From: Thermoproteota archaeon
GTDB taxonomy: Archaea > Korarchaeota > JAOZGF01 > JAOZFZ01
Direction: 5' to 3'
Assembly: GCA_027492035.1 (NCBI GenBank)
Contig: JAOZFT010000001.1
Coordinates: 32,001 to 96,000, forward strand
DNA: 64,000 nucleotides
Position numbers and translations under genes: made by a program. The notes under the pieces were generated by a model that did no database searches, was not told the DNA's origin, and saw only the letters and a list, made by a program, of their open reading frames with translations. Positions within the stretch are counted from its first letter, which is position 1. Each line of letters starts with the position of its first letter. Of this stretch, positions 9,623 through 19,777 are shown one piece after another.

Positions 9623-9775
9623 ATGGATTTCAAAAGTAAGTGTCCACGCTGCGGAGCTAAAGCGGCTAAGCTTGGAAACCCAATCATTGCGGTGGGTAAG
9701 ACAAGAGGGTTAAGAATTAATGTTTTCAGATGTCCAGAGTGTAATCTAGTGTTTTATGAAGGTTTTGAAGAATAA
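9623..9775 (+). CDS. 50-aa CPxCG zinc-ribbon protein, possibly Cren7-like
   Basis: Below ORF-track cutoff. GGAGG SD, then MDFKSKCPRCGAKAAKLGNPIIAVGKTRGLRINVFRCPECNLVFYEGFEE*, followed by a pyrimidine-rich tract. Confidence 0.75.
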   Translation: MDFKSKCPRCGAKAAKLGNPIIAVGKTRGLRINVFRCPECNLVFYEGFEE

Positions 9776-9866
9776 CTGAACCCCCTTTCCAACACCCCTT
9801 TTCTTTTTATTTCACATTTTTAATTTTTTATCCCCCTCTACTTTCCCTGTCTTTCTTCCGAAGAAC

Positions 9867-12773
9867 TTATATTTTAGTGAAGGAAAATTCCACTTTATCA
9901 TTCTCAAACTTTATGTTACCTGTTATTTCCCCTTTTAGTATGCCAAACTCTATTTTTTCAGCACTTACGTCACGTTTAAAGTCTTCAATGAGTTTCTTTA
10001 ACCCCTTCTCTAAGTCACTGGTTGTTTTAATCGTTAAGAGTATTTTGTCAAGCACTTTGAAACCATGTTTCTTTCTTGTAAGCTGGATTCTGCGTGTGAG
10101 TTCCCTATAAACCCTCTCACTTAAAATTTTATCGTCAACCGTTAAGTCAATAAACACCTCACCAAAAGAGAATTTCTCAGAAACAAAGCTTCCTTTAATT
10201 CTTTCTTTTCTAAACTCCACATCTTTTGCGTTGCTCATTTTGAGAAACACTTGCTTAAACCTGTTCAATGTTTTTTCCACTTGTTTTGACTCAGAAACCA
10301 CCACTACCTTTTTGACAGGCCACCTAAGTTTAACCTTTGCTTTCTGTCTAGCTGAGGAAACAGCTTCAATTATTTCCCTTAAAACCTCCATTTCCTCCTC
10401 TAATTCCTTATTTATGTGTTCTTTCTCCGGTTCAGGAATTAAGAGGAAATGAATCGACTCTTCTTCACAAACTTTACCTCTGAGTAGTTTTTGGTAGAGT
10501 TCTTCAGCCGTGAAGGGAGCAAATGGAGCCAGCAGCTTCAGTGTTTCTTCTGTTGTTTTGAGTAAGGTGTAGAAGGCTGCTTTTTTATCTTTTCCTTGAT
10601 AAAGAGGCCAAACTCTGTCTCTGACAGCTTTGATGTACCATCGAGATAAGTCGTTTAGGATGAAGTCCATGAGGAGTTTTGCTGCTTTAAAGTGGTTATA
10701 TTTTAAACAAGCTTCTCTGTATTCTTTAATTGTTGAATAAAGTTTAGAAAGCAACCATTTATCTTCAGGGAGCAAATCAACTTTTTCAGGAGGCTTCTCT
10801 GTTACATACATTTCTATAAAGTGGAAAGTATTCTTTAAAACATTAAATTGTCTACTGACTTCTTTAACTTCATCCATGTTGAAAAAGAAATTGTTCCAAG
10901 GGGCACTGGATAAAAGATAAAACCTTAAAATGTCTCTACCATATTTTTGAGTTACGTCTTCAGGTAAGATGACATTCCCCCTTTTCTTAGCCATTTTTAC
11001 TCCGTGTGCATCCAAAATGAAACCGTGAAACATTATTGTTCCAAAGGGGCTTCTTCCAAACGTTAACACACTGGTTATTAACTGAGAATTCCACCACCCC
11101 CTTATTTGGTCAGGGCCTTCAGTTTCGAAATCTGTAGGCCAAAGTTTCTTCCACAAGTCTTTCCTTTTAGGGTAACCTAGTGAGGCCCATGAAGCCACTC
11201 CTGAATCAAACCACACATCCAATACGTCAGGTATCCTGTACATAGTTCCTCCACATTTTGGACATTTCAGTTTCACCTGGTCGATGTAAGGCCTGTGAAG
11301 GTCTTTAAGCTCAACTCCCAATTCATCTGCAGACCCTACAACTTTTACTTCACCGCATTTTTCACAGATCCAAATGGGTAAAGGGATACCCCAATATCTT
11401 TGTCTTGAAATAGGCCAATCTCCTAGGTTTTCAATCCAGTTAAGGAATCTTTCTCCAGCCCATTTAGGAACCCAATTAACTTTTTTGCTTTCTTCAATTA
11501 ATTTATCCTTTATTTCTGTTACTTTAAAGAACCATTGAGGCATAGAAATTAAGAGGAGAGGGGATTCGCATCTCCAACAGTGAGGATACTCATGTTCAAT
11601 TTCCTCTTCTAAAAGCAAAAGCTTCCTTGACTTCAATTCATTAATTATTAACTTATCAGCTTCTTTAACGTACATGCCTGCAAATTTACCGCAAGATTCA
11701 TCGAAAACCCCGCTTATTTTAACAGGGGAAACAACTGGTAAACCTGTTTCTAAACCTACCTTGTAGTCTTCTTGGCCGTGTCCAGGTGCACTATGAACTA
11801 AGCCTGTACCTTCAGTTAAGGTAACGAATTGTTCAGATAAAACAACTCTATGAGCGTTTTTCAGTTTCTTTTGGAAAGGGAATAGGTCAGCTAAGGGGTG
11901 TTCATACCTTAACCCCCCTAAATCCCAGCCTTTAACTGTCCCTAACACTTCATAATTGTTGAAACCAAGTTTATCCAAAACAAAGCCAGCTAAAGCCTTG
12001 GCTAGAATAAAAACTTCACCTGTGGGAACTTTTACTTTAACGTATTCAGCACTTGGCTTCACCATTACGCCGGTGTTCCCAGGCAGAGTCCATGGAGTAG
12101 TTGTCCAAATGACTAAGAAAACATTTTTCTCTCCCTCAACTTTAAATTTGACATAAATAGCTGGATCTTTAACTGTTTTGTATTCTATTTCGTTGTAAGC
12201 GACAGCTGTTTCACAGCGGGGGCAAACATGAACTGGGTAGCTTCCTTTGAAAAGGTATCCTTTCTCATATGCAGCCTTAAAAGTTGTCCAGGCTCCTTCA
12301 ATGTAGTTATTGGTTAAAGTCAGGTAAGGATTATCCCAATCCATCCAAACCCCTAAGTTTTTGAACTGCTGCGTCATAACGTCAATGTATTGAGTTGCAA
12401 ATTTTCTGCATTCCTGAATAAAATTTTCAACACCGAATTTTTCAATGTCGCTTTTTACTTTGAAGTTAAGTTTCTTTTCAACTTTGTTCTCAATAGGTAA
12501 ACCGTGGCAATCATATCCTGGTTGATCCCAGACGTCGTAGTCCAGCATTCTGTGGAAGCGAATATAAAAATCTTTCAGGATCTTGTTTAAGGCTGTTCCT
12601 AAATGTATGGCTCCTGTTGCGTATGGAGGCCCGTCCATGAAAAACCATTTCTTTTTTCCTTTACGTAACTTTCTTGCTTTACTTAGGATGCTGTTCTCCT
12701 CCCAGAAATTCAGTATTCTTTCCTCCATTTTAGGTTGAGGCTCAAATTCCATGTAACCCGCCTTTCTTCCCAA
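9867..12773 (-). CDS. ileS: Isoleucyl-tRNA synthetase (archaeal type)
   Basis: DGPPYATGAIHLGT, PGYDCHGLPIE, WTTTPWTLP editing domain, GTGLVHSAPGHG, ISRQRYWGIPLP, EGPDQIRGW, KMAKK. Confidence 0.96.
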   Translation of the reverse strand: MGRKAGYMEFEPQPKMEERILNFWEENSILSKARKLRKGKKKWFFMDGPPYATGAIHLGTALNKILKDFYIRFHRMLDYDVWDQPGYDCHGLPIENKVEKKLNFKVKSDIEKFGVENFIQECRKFATQYIDVMTQQFKNLGVWMDWDNPYLTLTNNYIEGAWTTFKAAYEKGYLFKGSYPVHVCPRCETAVAYNEIEYKTVKDPAIYVKFKVEGEKNVFLVIWTTTPWTLPGNTGVMVKPSAEYVKVKVPTGEVFILAKALAGFVLDKLGFNNYEVLGTVKGWDLGGLRYEHPLADLFPFQKKLKNAHRVVLSEQFVTLTEGTGLVHSAPGHGQEDYKVGLETGLPVVSPVKISGVFDESCGKFAGMYVKEADKLIINELKSRKLLLLEEEIEHEYPHCWRCESPLLLISMPQWFFKVTEIKDKLIEESKKVNWVPKWAGERFLNWIENLGDWPISRQRYWGIPLPIWICEKCGEVKVVGSADELGVELKDLHRPYIDQVKLKCPKCGGTMYRIPDVLDVWFDSGVASWASLGYPKRKDLWKKLWPTDFETEGPDQIRGWWNSQLITSVLTFGRSPFGTIMFHGFILDAHGVKMAKKRGNVILPEDVTQKYGRDILRFYLLSSAPWNNFFFNMDEVKEVSRQFNVLKNTFHFIEMYVTEKPPEKVDLLPEDKWLLSKLYSTIKEYREACLKYNHFKAAKLLMDFILNDLSRWYIKAVRDRVWPLYQGKDKKAAFYTLLKTTEETLKLLAPFAPFTAEELYQKLLRGKVCEEESIHFLLIPEPEKEHINKELEEEMEVLREIIEAVSSARQKAKVKLRWPVKKVVVVSESKQVEKTLNRFKQVFLKMSNAKDVEFRKERIKGSFVSEKFSFGEVFIDLTVDDKILSERVYRELTRRIQLTRKKHGFKVLDKILLTIKTTSDLEKGLKKLIEDFKRDVSAEKIEFGILKGEITGNIKFENDKVEFSFTKI

Positions 12774-13403
12774 CTGTTGGTTTCCTTAAAAGATGTAGGA
12801 AGGGTGTAAAAGGAACCTTTCCCTTATTTTAAGAAATTTTTAAAGAATTTTTTAATGCAAAGATGTTTTGGATGGTTTCTTTATGTCCTGACTCTTTATT
12901 AAAAATTTAACTTTTTCGATAGGAGAAGATGCGAAGTTCTTTTGCAGAGGAAGTCTACAAGAGTTTAACAACTCATTAACAGCAAAGTTGTTTAAGAGTT
13001 AAGGAAAGAAAGTTAATTCCTTAATTGAAGGCCTCAAATAGAGCCTTTTGCTTAACGTTCAATAACCTTTTTAGCAAAAATATGAAACTTAGTTTTCTTT
13101 GCCATCGAGTTCTTCCTTGTCTCTATAACACTCCAAACAAGCGCAAGCAAGTTTTTACGCTTAAAAATTCATCAGTCTTTTTTATCAATAACTCTTAAAC
13201 CTAAAAAATGGTGAAACCTTTATTGAAGAGTTAAACTGAGGGAGATCCGGTCTAAAGAAAAACTGAGAGGATAGTAGTACAAAACTTTTCTTGTTTCTAT
13301 TTCTAATAAAGTTTTCTTACTTCTAAAAAACTTTATAGGGTGCTGAATTAGGAAAACAATAAATTTTCTAAGCTACAAAAATAAAGGTTTAGAGATGAAT
13401 TTT

Positions 13404-13991
13404 TCAGTGCTTCTTTATTTTTTCGCCTATTTTATAACCTACATTGAAAGCTTTAAGGTTTAACTCTTTGAAATCAACGGGGGTATTCTTTATTATTGCC
13501 TTTTCAACTGCTTCTTTATTTATTAAAGGGAAGAGTTTTGTGAAGACACCTAGAAGTAAAGTGTTAGCTACAAGTTTGTTTCCGAGTTCTTCAGCCAATT
13601 TAGTTGCATGAACAGGAACTTTTTCCACGTCACTCCTTTCTCCTTGATTAATTTGGACAAGGTCAGGGTCGTAAATTAGCACTCCGCCTTTCTTCAGTTT
13701 TGGCAAATACTTTTCATAGGCGAGTTTAGATAGAGCAATTAAAACATCTGACTCTGCTACTTTGACGAAATTTATTTCTTTCTCTGAAATGATTACTTCT
13801 GAGCTGGTGACTCCTCCACGTGAAGCTGGGCCGTATGATTGAGTTTGAACAGCTTCCTTCCCTCCATAAAGTGATGCAGCCATTCCTAGGATGATTCCCA
13901 TTTTCACTATTCCTTGACCGCCTAAGCCTGCAATTCTTATTCTAAATTCACTGACCCCCTTAGTGGTTCCTCCACTGTTTCGTTTATTCAT
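13404..13991 (-). CDS. korC: 2-oxoacid:ferredoxin oxidoreductase gamma subunit (cluster 2)
   Basis: IAGLGGQG, QSYGPASRGG, VANTLLLG; ORF-track start 14027. Confidence 0.9.
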   Translation of the reverse strand: MNKRNSGGTTKGVSEFRIRIAGLGGQGIVKMGIILGMAASLYGGKEAVQTQSYGPASRGGVTSSEVIISEKEINFVKVAESDVLIALSKLAYEKYLPKLKKGGVLIYDPDLVQINQGERSDVEKVPVHATKLAEELGNKLVANTLLLGVFTKLFPLINKEAVEKAIIKNTPVDFKELNLKAFNVGYKIGEKIKKH

Positions 13992-14097
13992 TTTTAACAG
14001 TCCCCGAACAACTATACCTCTCTTCAACTTTCTTTACCATTTTTCAAAATAGGGAAAAATTTAACATTTCTCACGGAATAAACAGTATAACCAAGTT

Positions 14098-14961
14098 TTA
14101 TTCTTTGTGATAGGTCCGTTCCACTTTACCAATCTTTCCCCAAATTAGGTCAGTGTATTCAGGCTTCTCTTTATCCACAAACTCCCCCACAACTATTATG
14201 TTTTGAGTAATTTCAGCCTTTATGGGGTCTATCTTATTTTGGATTATTGACGCTTGTTTCAGCCACTTCATCATCTCAACAGCGTTCATGTGTTTAGTAT
14301 GTCTTCCATAGATTTCTGGACAGGGGGAAATGACCTCAATGAAACTGAACCCCTTTTTTAAAAGGGCCTTCTTTATGGAGTCAACTAAGTTTCTGACATG
14401 GTAGGCTGTCCACCGGGCAACATAAGTTGCTCCTGAACCTGCAGCTAAATAAACAGCATTAAACGGGTGTTCAACGTTTCCGTAGGGAGAAGTTGTTGTT
14501 ACAGCGTTTAAAGGAGTTGTGGGGCCACATTGACCCCCAGTCATTCCATAATTGAAATTGTTTGAGAGTATAACTGTTAATTCAATGTTTCTTCTCGCCG
14601 CCTGAATTAAATGGTTTGCACCTATGGCTAAAAGGTCTCCGTCTCCACCGAAAACAACAACTTTCAATTCAGGTTTAGCAAGTTTAACACCTAAAGCAAA
14701 AGGTATTGCCCTTCCGTGGGTGGTGTGGAACGCGTCAGCGTTTATGTAGCCTGAAATCCTACCCATGCAACCTATACCCGAAACAACGACTAAGTTGTCC
14801 AAGTTAAAGTGCAGTTCCTTCAATGCCTGAAGGAAGCAGTTAAGGATTACTCCGTTTCCGCACCCTGGGCACCAGATGTGGGGAATCATCCCTTTTCTTA
14901 AGTAACTGTCCAAAGGATGTTTCCTTTCATGGTTAGTTAAATGTTTAATTGATTCTTTCAT
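14098..14961 (-). CDS. korB: 2-oxoacid:ferredoxin oxidoreductase beta subunit (cluster 2)
   Basis: WCPGCGNG, SGIGC, HTTHGRA, GGDGDL, NNFNYGMTGGQ. Confidence 0.94.
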   Translation of the reverse strand: MKESIKHLTNHERKHPLDSYLRKGMIPHIWCPGCGNGVILNCFLQALKELHFNLDNLVVVSGIGCMGRISGYINADAFHTTHGRAIPFALGVKLAKPELKVVVFGGDGDLLAIGANHLIQAARRNIELTVILSNNFNYGMTGGQCGPTTPLNAVTTTSPYGNVEHPFNAVYLAAGSGATYVARWTAYHVRNLVDSIKKALLKKGFSFIEVISPCPEIYGRHTKHMNAVEMMKWLKQASIIQNKIDPIKAEITQNIIVVGEFVDKEKPEYTDLIWGKIGKVERTYHKE

Positions 14962-14971
14962 TTTTTCCCCC

Positions 14972-16120
14972 TTAACTGGTGTTTTTCTCTATTATTTTCA
15001 GTATTTCGTTAGGGGTAGGTGGCTCTTCACCAACTTTAGGGAATGAAATTATTGGTGCGGTTGAAGAAGCTGCCTTCACCTCCCTAATTATTTGTCCTTG
15101 ATTCATTTCTGGTACAATTATCAGTTTTGCTTCAGAAACAATTTTCGCCACCTCCTCCTCTGGAAAAGGCCAAACTGTTATTAATCTTAACAGTCCCACT
15201 TTTAATCCTTTTTCACGGCCTATTTTAACTGTTTCTTTGGCAGCTCTTGCAGGTGTACCGAAAGCTATTATTACAGTTTCAGCGTCGTCTAAAAAGTATT
15301 TTTCAACTGTTATTATTTCTTTTTTATTTTTCCTTATTTTTTCACAGAGTCTACTGGTTAATTCCCTTTGTGTTTTGGCTGACATGTCTGGGTGACCTGA
15401 TTCATCGTGTGTTAAGCCTGTGGCGTAGAATCTGTACCCTTCACCAAAACAAGACATTGGTGGAACAAGATCTTCATCCGGTTTAAAAGGTAAGTACTCT
15501 TCCGGCGGAACTTTCGGCTTCTTCCTATCCACTGTTTTTATTTTTTCAGGTTCCGGAATGACTAGTTTTTCTCTTGTGTGCGCAATTATTTCATCGGCTA
15601 AAATGAAACATGGAACCCTGAATTTCTCCGCTAGGTTGAATGCTTTAATTGTTAAATCAAACATTTCCTGAACAGAGTAAGGAGCTAAAGTTATTATTTC
15701 GTAGTCTCCATGAGCAGCCCACCTGACCTGCAAAACATCTTGTTGACTTGGTTTCGTAGGTTGCCCTGTACTTGGGCCTCCTCTCATCATGTCAGCTATT
15801 ACACAAGGGGTTTCTGTCATTATAGCTAACCCTATGCTTTCAACCATTAAGCTTAATCCTGGACCTGAAGTCGCTGTCATTGCTTTAACCCCAGCCCAGC
15901 TTGCCCCTATGACTGACATCAGGGACGAAATTTCATCTTCAAGCTGAATAAATATTCCCCCAACTTGAGGCATTCTCAAAGCCATCCTTTCAGCTATGCT
16001 GCTTGCAGGGGTTATGGGGTAAGCGGAGTAGAACCTACAACCTGCAGCTATTGCCCCTTCAGCTAAAGCGAAGTTTCCTTGGACAAAGTATTCCCCTGTT
16101 AAAACATCTGGTTTTTTCAA
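14972..16120 (-). CDS. korA: 2-oxoacid:ferredoxin oxidoreductase alpha subunit (cluster 2)
   Basis: [30 protein letters not shown]. Confidence 0.94.
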   Translation of the reverse strand: MKKPDVLTGEYFVQGNFALAEGAIAAGCRFYSAYPITPASSIAERMALRMPQVGGIFIQLEDEISSLMSVIGASWAGVKAMTATSGPGLSLMVESIGLAIMTETPCVIADMMRGGPSTGQPTKPSQQDVLQVRWAAHGDYEIITLAPYSVQEMFDLTIKAFNLAEKFRVPCFILADEIIAHTREKLVIPEPEKIKTVDRKKPKVPPEEYLPFKPDEDLVPPMSCFGEGYRFYATGLTHDESGHPDMSAKTQRELTSRLCEKIRKNKKEIITVEKYFLDDAETVIIAFGTPARAAKETVKIGREKGLKVGLLRLITVWPFPEEEVAKIVSEAKLIIVPEMNQGQIIREVKAASSTAPIISFPKVGEEPPTPNEILKIIEKNTS

Positions 16121-16359
16121 GACACCTCAACCTTTTCAGTTTCTTCTAAATAAATTGCGAAATCTGGACAGATGTTTTGACAGAATTTACAACCTATACA
16201 GTTATTTATGTATTTAGGTATGGGGTAATGGTTTCCGCGTTCATTAAAGTTCTCAGAAAAAACTAAAACTTTTCTTGGACAAAATTCTATGCAGTAACCG
16301 CATCCCTTACACCTTTCAGGAATAACGATAACGTTTCTAATTATTTTTAAGCGGCTCAT
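16117..16359 (-). CDS. korD: 2x[4Fe-4S] ferredoxin, oxidoreductase delta subunit (cluster 2)
   Basis: [12 protein letters not shown] and [13 protein letters not shown]. Confidence 0.92.
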   Translation of the reverse strand: MSRLKIIRNVIVIPERCKGCGYCIEFCPRKVLVFSENFNERGNHYPIPKYINNCIGCKFCQNICPDFAIYLEETEKVEVS

Positions 16360-16495
16360 ATTTTAAACTCCTTGTTTTTGTTTTCACCCTTTAAAGAGTG
16401 CACGGAGCTAAAAACAACTTCTTCCTTTAAGAAAAAATATTATTTAAAAGATTATCTTTACCTTCTTTTTCAGTGGTTTTTGGAGGAGAAGAGCA

Positions 16496-17053
16496 GTGGC
16501 GCTGCCAAGTAGAGATGAAGCTTTTGATTTTTTGAGACGGTACGTGAAGAGTGACAAGTTAATAAAGCATTGTTTAGCTGTGGAAGCTATAATGAAAGAA
16601 TTAGCAAAGTATTTAGGTGAAAATGTTGAAGTTTGGGGTTTAACAGGCTTACTTCATGACATAGATTACGAAACAGTTAGGGATATGAGTAGACATGGGT
16701 TAGTTGGGGCTGGGATACTGGAAAAGGAGAACTACCCTAGTGAAATGATTGAAGCCGTTAAAAGGCACAATTACTTGGTTTCAGGACCTCCAACTAACAA
16801 GTTAGAGAGATGTTTAGTTGCTGCTGATTCAGTTTCAGGCTTAATAATTGCCGCCGGTTTAATGATGCCTGACAAAAGACTGAAAACAGTGACTGTGAAA
16901 ACAATTAAGAAGAAGTTTAAGGATAAGTCATTTGCTAGAGGCTGTAACCGGGAAGAAATAAAAGAGATATTAAAAGTGGGCCTTACTTTGGATGAATTCT
17001 TCGGAATAAGTCTAAAGGCTTTACAGAAAATTTCTTCCGAACTAGAGCTTTAA
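16496..17053 (+). CDS. HDIG-domain metal-dependent hydrolase (COG2316-like)
   Basis: KHCLAVE, GLLHDIDYE, HGLVG, ADSVSGL, KFKDKSFARG. Confidence 0.85.
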   Translation: MALPSRDEAFDFLRRYVKSDKLIKHCLAVEAIMKELAKYLGENVEVWGLTGLLHDIDYETVRDMSRHGLVGAGILEKENYPSEMIEAVKRHNYLVSGPPTNKLERCLVAADSVSGLIIAAGLMMPDKRLKTVTVKTIKKKFKDKSFARGCNREEIKEILKVGLTLDEFFGISLKALQKISSELEL

Positions 17054-17088
17054 CATGTTTCTATGTTAAACAGGATCAAAATAAATGA

Positions 17089-17223
17089 TTAGGGACCGTG
17101 CTGTTCTCCCCAGCATGGAGATAAATTGTAGTATTTATCACAAAAATCTTCAAAGATGCACTTTTTACCGTTAGCAATTGGACATTTCCCTTTAGTTTCT
17201 TCTTCAATTTCTTTTTCAAACAT
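17089..17223 (-). CDS. 44-aa cysteine-rich small protein
   Basis: GAGGTGA SD before ATG 17223; MFEKEIEEETKGKCPIANGKKCIFEDFCDKYYNLSPCWGEQHGP. Confidence 0.5.
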   Translation of the reverse strand: MFEKEIEEETKGKCPIANGKKCIFEDFCDKYYNLSPCWGEQHGP

Positions 17224-17686
17224 CAATAAAATCACCTCTTCCCTTTTAAAATGAGGAGAGAAATAAGCAAATGTCTGAAGGAAATACACTTTATTTTTTG
17301 GAAAATAGATGAAGGAAAGAACATGCCCTTATGTAGTTTTAGGGATGGAGAGGTTGAGGTAGAGGTTACACAAGATGAAGAGATAAACTGAGATATGACC
17401 CCCCTGAAACAATTCATTATTGTGTTACAGGTAAACGAGGCTGTGGATGATTCTGTTTTTTTGCCTATATGTGTATTATGGCAATGGCAAAACTTTAACA
17501 CCTTTCATGCAGAGAACCTCTACTTTTTTCATTTTTTCAATCATTTTATTGGATGAAGCCCAATAAAGTATGTTTTCCTTTAAAAATTTTACGTTTTTGT
17601 ATTTTTTGAGCAGTTTAGTATTAATGTTGAAAAATTTAAAGAGGATCTCTCTTTTCCCATTCGCTAAAAAGGAAGGAAAATAAATT

Positions 17687-18433
17687 TTATTTCTTTTTAA
17701 TAAATGCTTCAGTTCTTTCTCTGTATTCTTTGGTTTGCGAAAGGAGAACTAAGTCTTTAATTGCTTCTTTAAACCTCTTATTTTTCCTTTTCCTGTTCAA
17801 CCAAATTTTTATTAGTTTTAGGGAGTATTCGGGCAAGTTAGCTATTTCTTCAGCTATTTTTTTGGTTTCTTGAAAGAATTTATTTTCCGGAAAGAAGTCA
17901 TTAATTAACCCTATTTCTTTAGCTTCTTTAGCTGAGATTCTTTCCCCTGTAAAAATTAAGTAAGCTGCTCTTTTGTAACCTATTAAATCTGGGAGCAGGG
18001 AAGTAGCTATCGGGGGAAAAGCGCCTATTTTGATTTCAGGCACTGCAAAAAAAGCTTTTTCAGAAGCGAAAGCTAAATCACAAAGTAAAGTTATTTCACA
18101 ACCTCCCCCTACAGCTAAGCCGTTAACCGCTGCTATACTTATTTTTTCAAGCTTTAAGAAGGCTTCTAAGGAGGGATAAACAATTTGAAGAAAGAAATCC
18201 CAGGATTGACGGAAAGTCTCAGCTTTAAACATTTCATATATATCATCACCTGCTGAGAAAGCTCTCCCTTCCCCTGTCAAAACAACAACTTTAACTTCCT
18301 CGTCTAAATTGACTTCTTCCAGCTTCTTTTTAATTCCAATCCACATTTCCTTGTTTAAAGCATTCAGTTTTTCAGGCCTTTTCAACGTAACAAAGGCTAC
18401 TTTACCCTTCATTTCAAGTTCTACAGAACCCAA
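17687..18433 (-). CDS. Enoyl-CoA hydratase/isomerase (crotonase) family protein
   Basis: LKRPEKLNALN, AFSAGDD, AAVNGLAVGGGCE, PEIKIG; likely TTG start 18433 (track 18499). Confidence 0.92.
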   Translation of the reverse strand: MGSVELEMKGKVAFVTLKRPEKLNALNKEMWIGIKKKLEEVNLDEEVKVVVLTGEGRAFSAGDDIYEMFKAETFRQSWDFFLQIVYPSLEAFLKLEKISIAAVNGLAVGGGCEITLLCDLAFASEKAFFAVPEIKIGAFPPIATSLLPDLIGYKRAAYLIFTGERISAKEAKEIGLINDFFPENKFFQETKKIAEEIANLPEYSLKLIKIWLNRKRKNKRFKEAIKDLVLLSQTKEYRERTEAFIKKK

Positions 18434-18576
18434 TAAACCACCCCCCTTTCTTCCCCCAAAAAAATCAGGTGAGAATTTAAAAAATATTTTTAGAATCAAT
18501 GAAAAAAAGGAAGTTTTAAAAGTTGCCCTTTATCGAGAGACAGAAAAACATAAAGCTTTTTTAGAGGGGATTTTGT

Positions 18577-19527
18577 TTGCAGCAATTAGTAAGTTACGAC
18601 AGGGGCTTATTTTTTCATCCTTTAAAGATATGGCTGGATGCAAGAGGCAAAAAGCCCTTTTCTTTTGTTTCTCATGCTCACATTGACCATTTAGGAAACC
18701 ATAGGAAAGTTTTCCTCAACATGGAAACCGCCCCCTTCTACCTTAGAAGAACAGGAAAAAGGAACTTCTTGGTCAGAGAATTTAATAAACCTTTTTACAT
18801 AAATGATTACAAAGTCGAGTTGTTTCCTTCAGGCCACATGCTTGGGTCAGCTCAAATAATTTTTGAGAAGGATTTAAAAATTGTTTACACAGGTGATTTT
18901 AAGCTTAAAAAGGGGTTAACTTCAGAAAAAATTCAAATAAAGAAATGCGACGTATTAATAATGGAAGCTACCTATGGAAACCAGGAATTTTGCTTTCCTA
19001 AGAGGGAAGAAGTTATAGGGGAGTTAGTTGATTATGTAGATGAAGTTTTGGTGAATGAAGAAGTACCTGTTATTTACGCCTACCCCCTAGGTAAAGCTCA
19101 AGAGGTAATAAAGATACTTACCTCTAAAGGGTTCCAGGTGAGGGTCCATAAATCCATTTTCTTCAACTCAAAAATCTATGAAAAATTAAGTGTTAACTTG
19201 GGACATTACACAATTTTTGATGGAGGAGAAACAAGGAGTGAGGTAATTATTTTGCCTACTTCCACAAGAGGGAGGAGAAACATTAAAATTAAGAAAAAAA
19301 GAGAGATAATTGTTACTGGATGGGTTGCATCAGAAAAAATGAAGAAGAAGTTTAGAGAAGTGAAAGGTTTCCCTTTAAGTGATCATGCTGATTTCCCTGA
19401 CTTACTCAATTACGTAAAGAAGGCAGATCCAGAAATTGTTTACGTAATAAAAAGTTACAGCCCCTTCACAATAGATAATTTTCTGAAACAACTTTCAAAA
19501 CAGGGATTTAATGCTTTACCGCTTTAA
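18577..19527 (+). CDS. Metallo-beta-lactamase/beta-CASP nuclease (ligase-associated DNA-damage exonuclease/RNA-processing-like)
   Basis: SHAHIDH, SGHMLGS, YTGDF, MEATYG, YPLGKAQE, LSDHADF. Confidence 0.88.
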   Translation: MQQLVSYDRGLFFHPLKIWLDARGKKPFSFVSHAHIDHLGNHRKVFLNMETAPFYLRRTGKRNFLVREFNKPFYINDYKVELFPSGHMLGSAQIIFEKDLKIVYTGDFKLKKGLTSEKIQIKKCDVLIMEATYGNQEFCFPKREEVIGELVDYVDEVLVNEEVPVIYAYPLGKAQEVIKILTSKGFQVRVHKSIFFNSKIYEKLSVNLGHYTIFDGGETRSEVIILPTSTRGRRNIKIKKKREIIVTGWVASEKMKKKFREVKGFPLSDHADFPDLLNYVKKADPEIVYVIKSYSPFTIDNFLKQLSKQGFNALPL

Positions 19528-19777
19528 CCTTTCCCCCCCAGTTCTTTAAACCTTAAAAACACTTAACGTAAATGCTGGATTTCTTGGATATGAAGTGAAG
19601 GAAACTTGTAACTGAAAATATAATGTCAACGCTATGTGTCGCAAATTTAAGTTTTTCGTTGCAAAAATACGTTGCAGATAATACTGAAAAACTTCAAGAG
19701 AATGCAGTGACTTGGTGTAAGTTACTTGTCACCAGCACCAAAATTTTTTTAAGAAGAATTTAGCGGTTAAAAAAATT

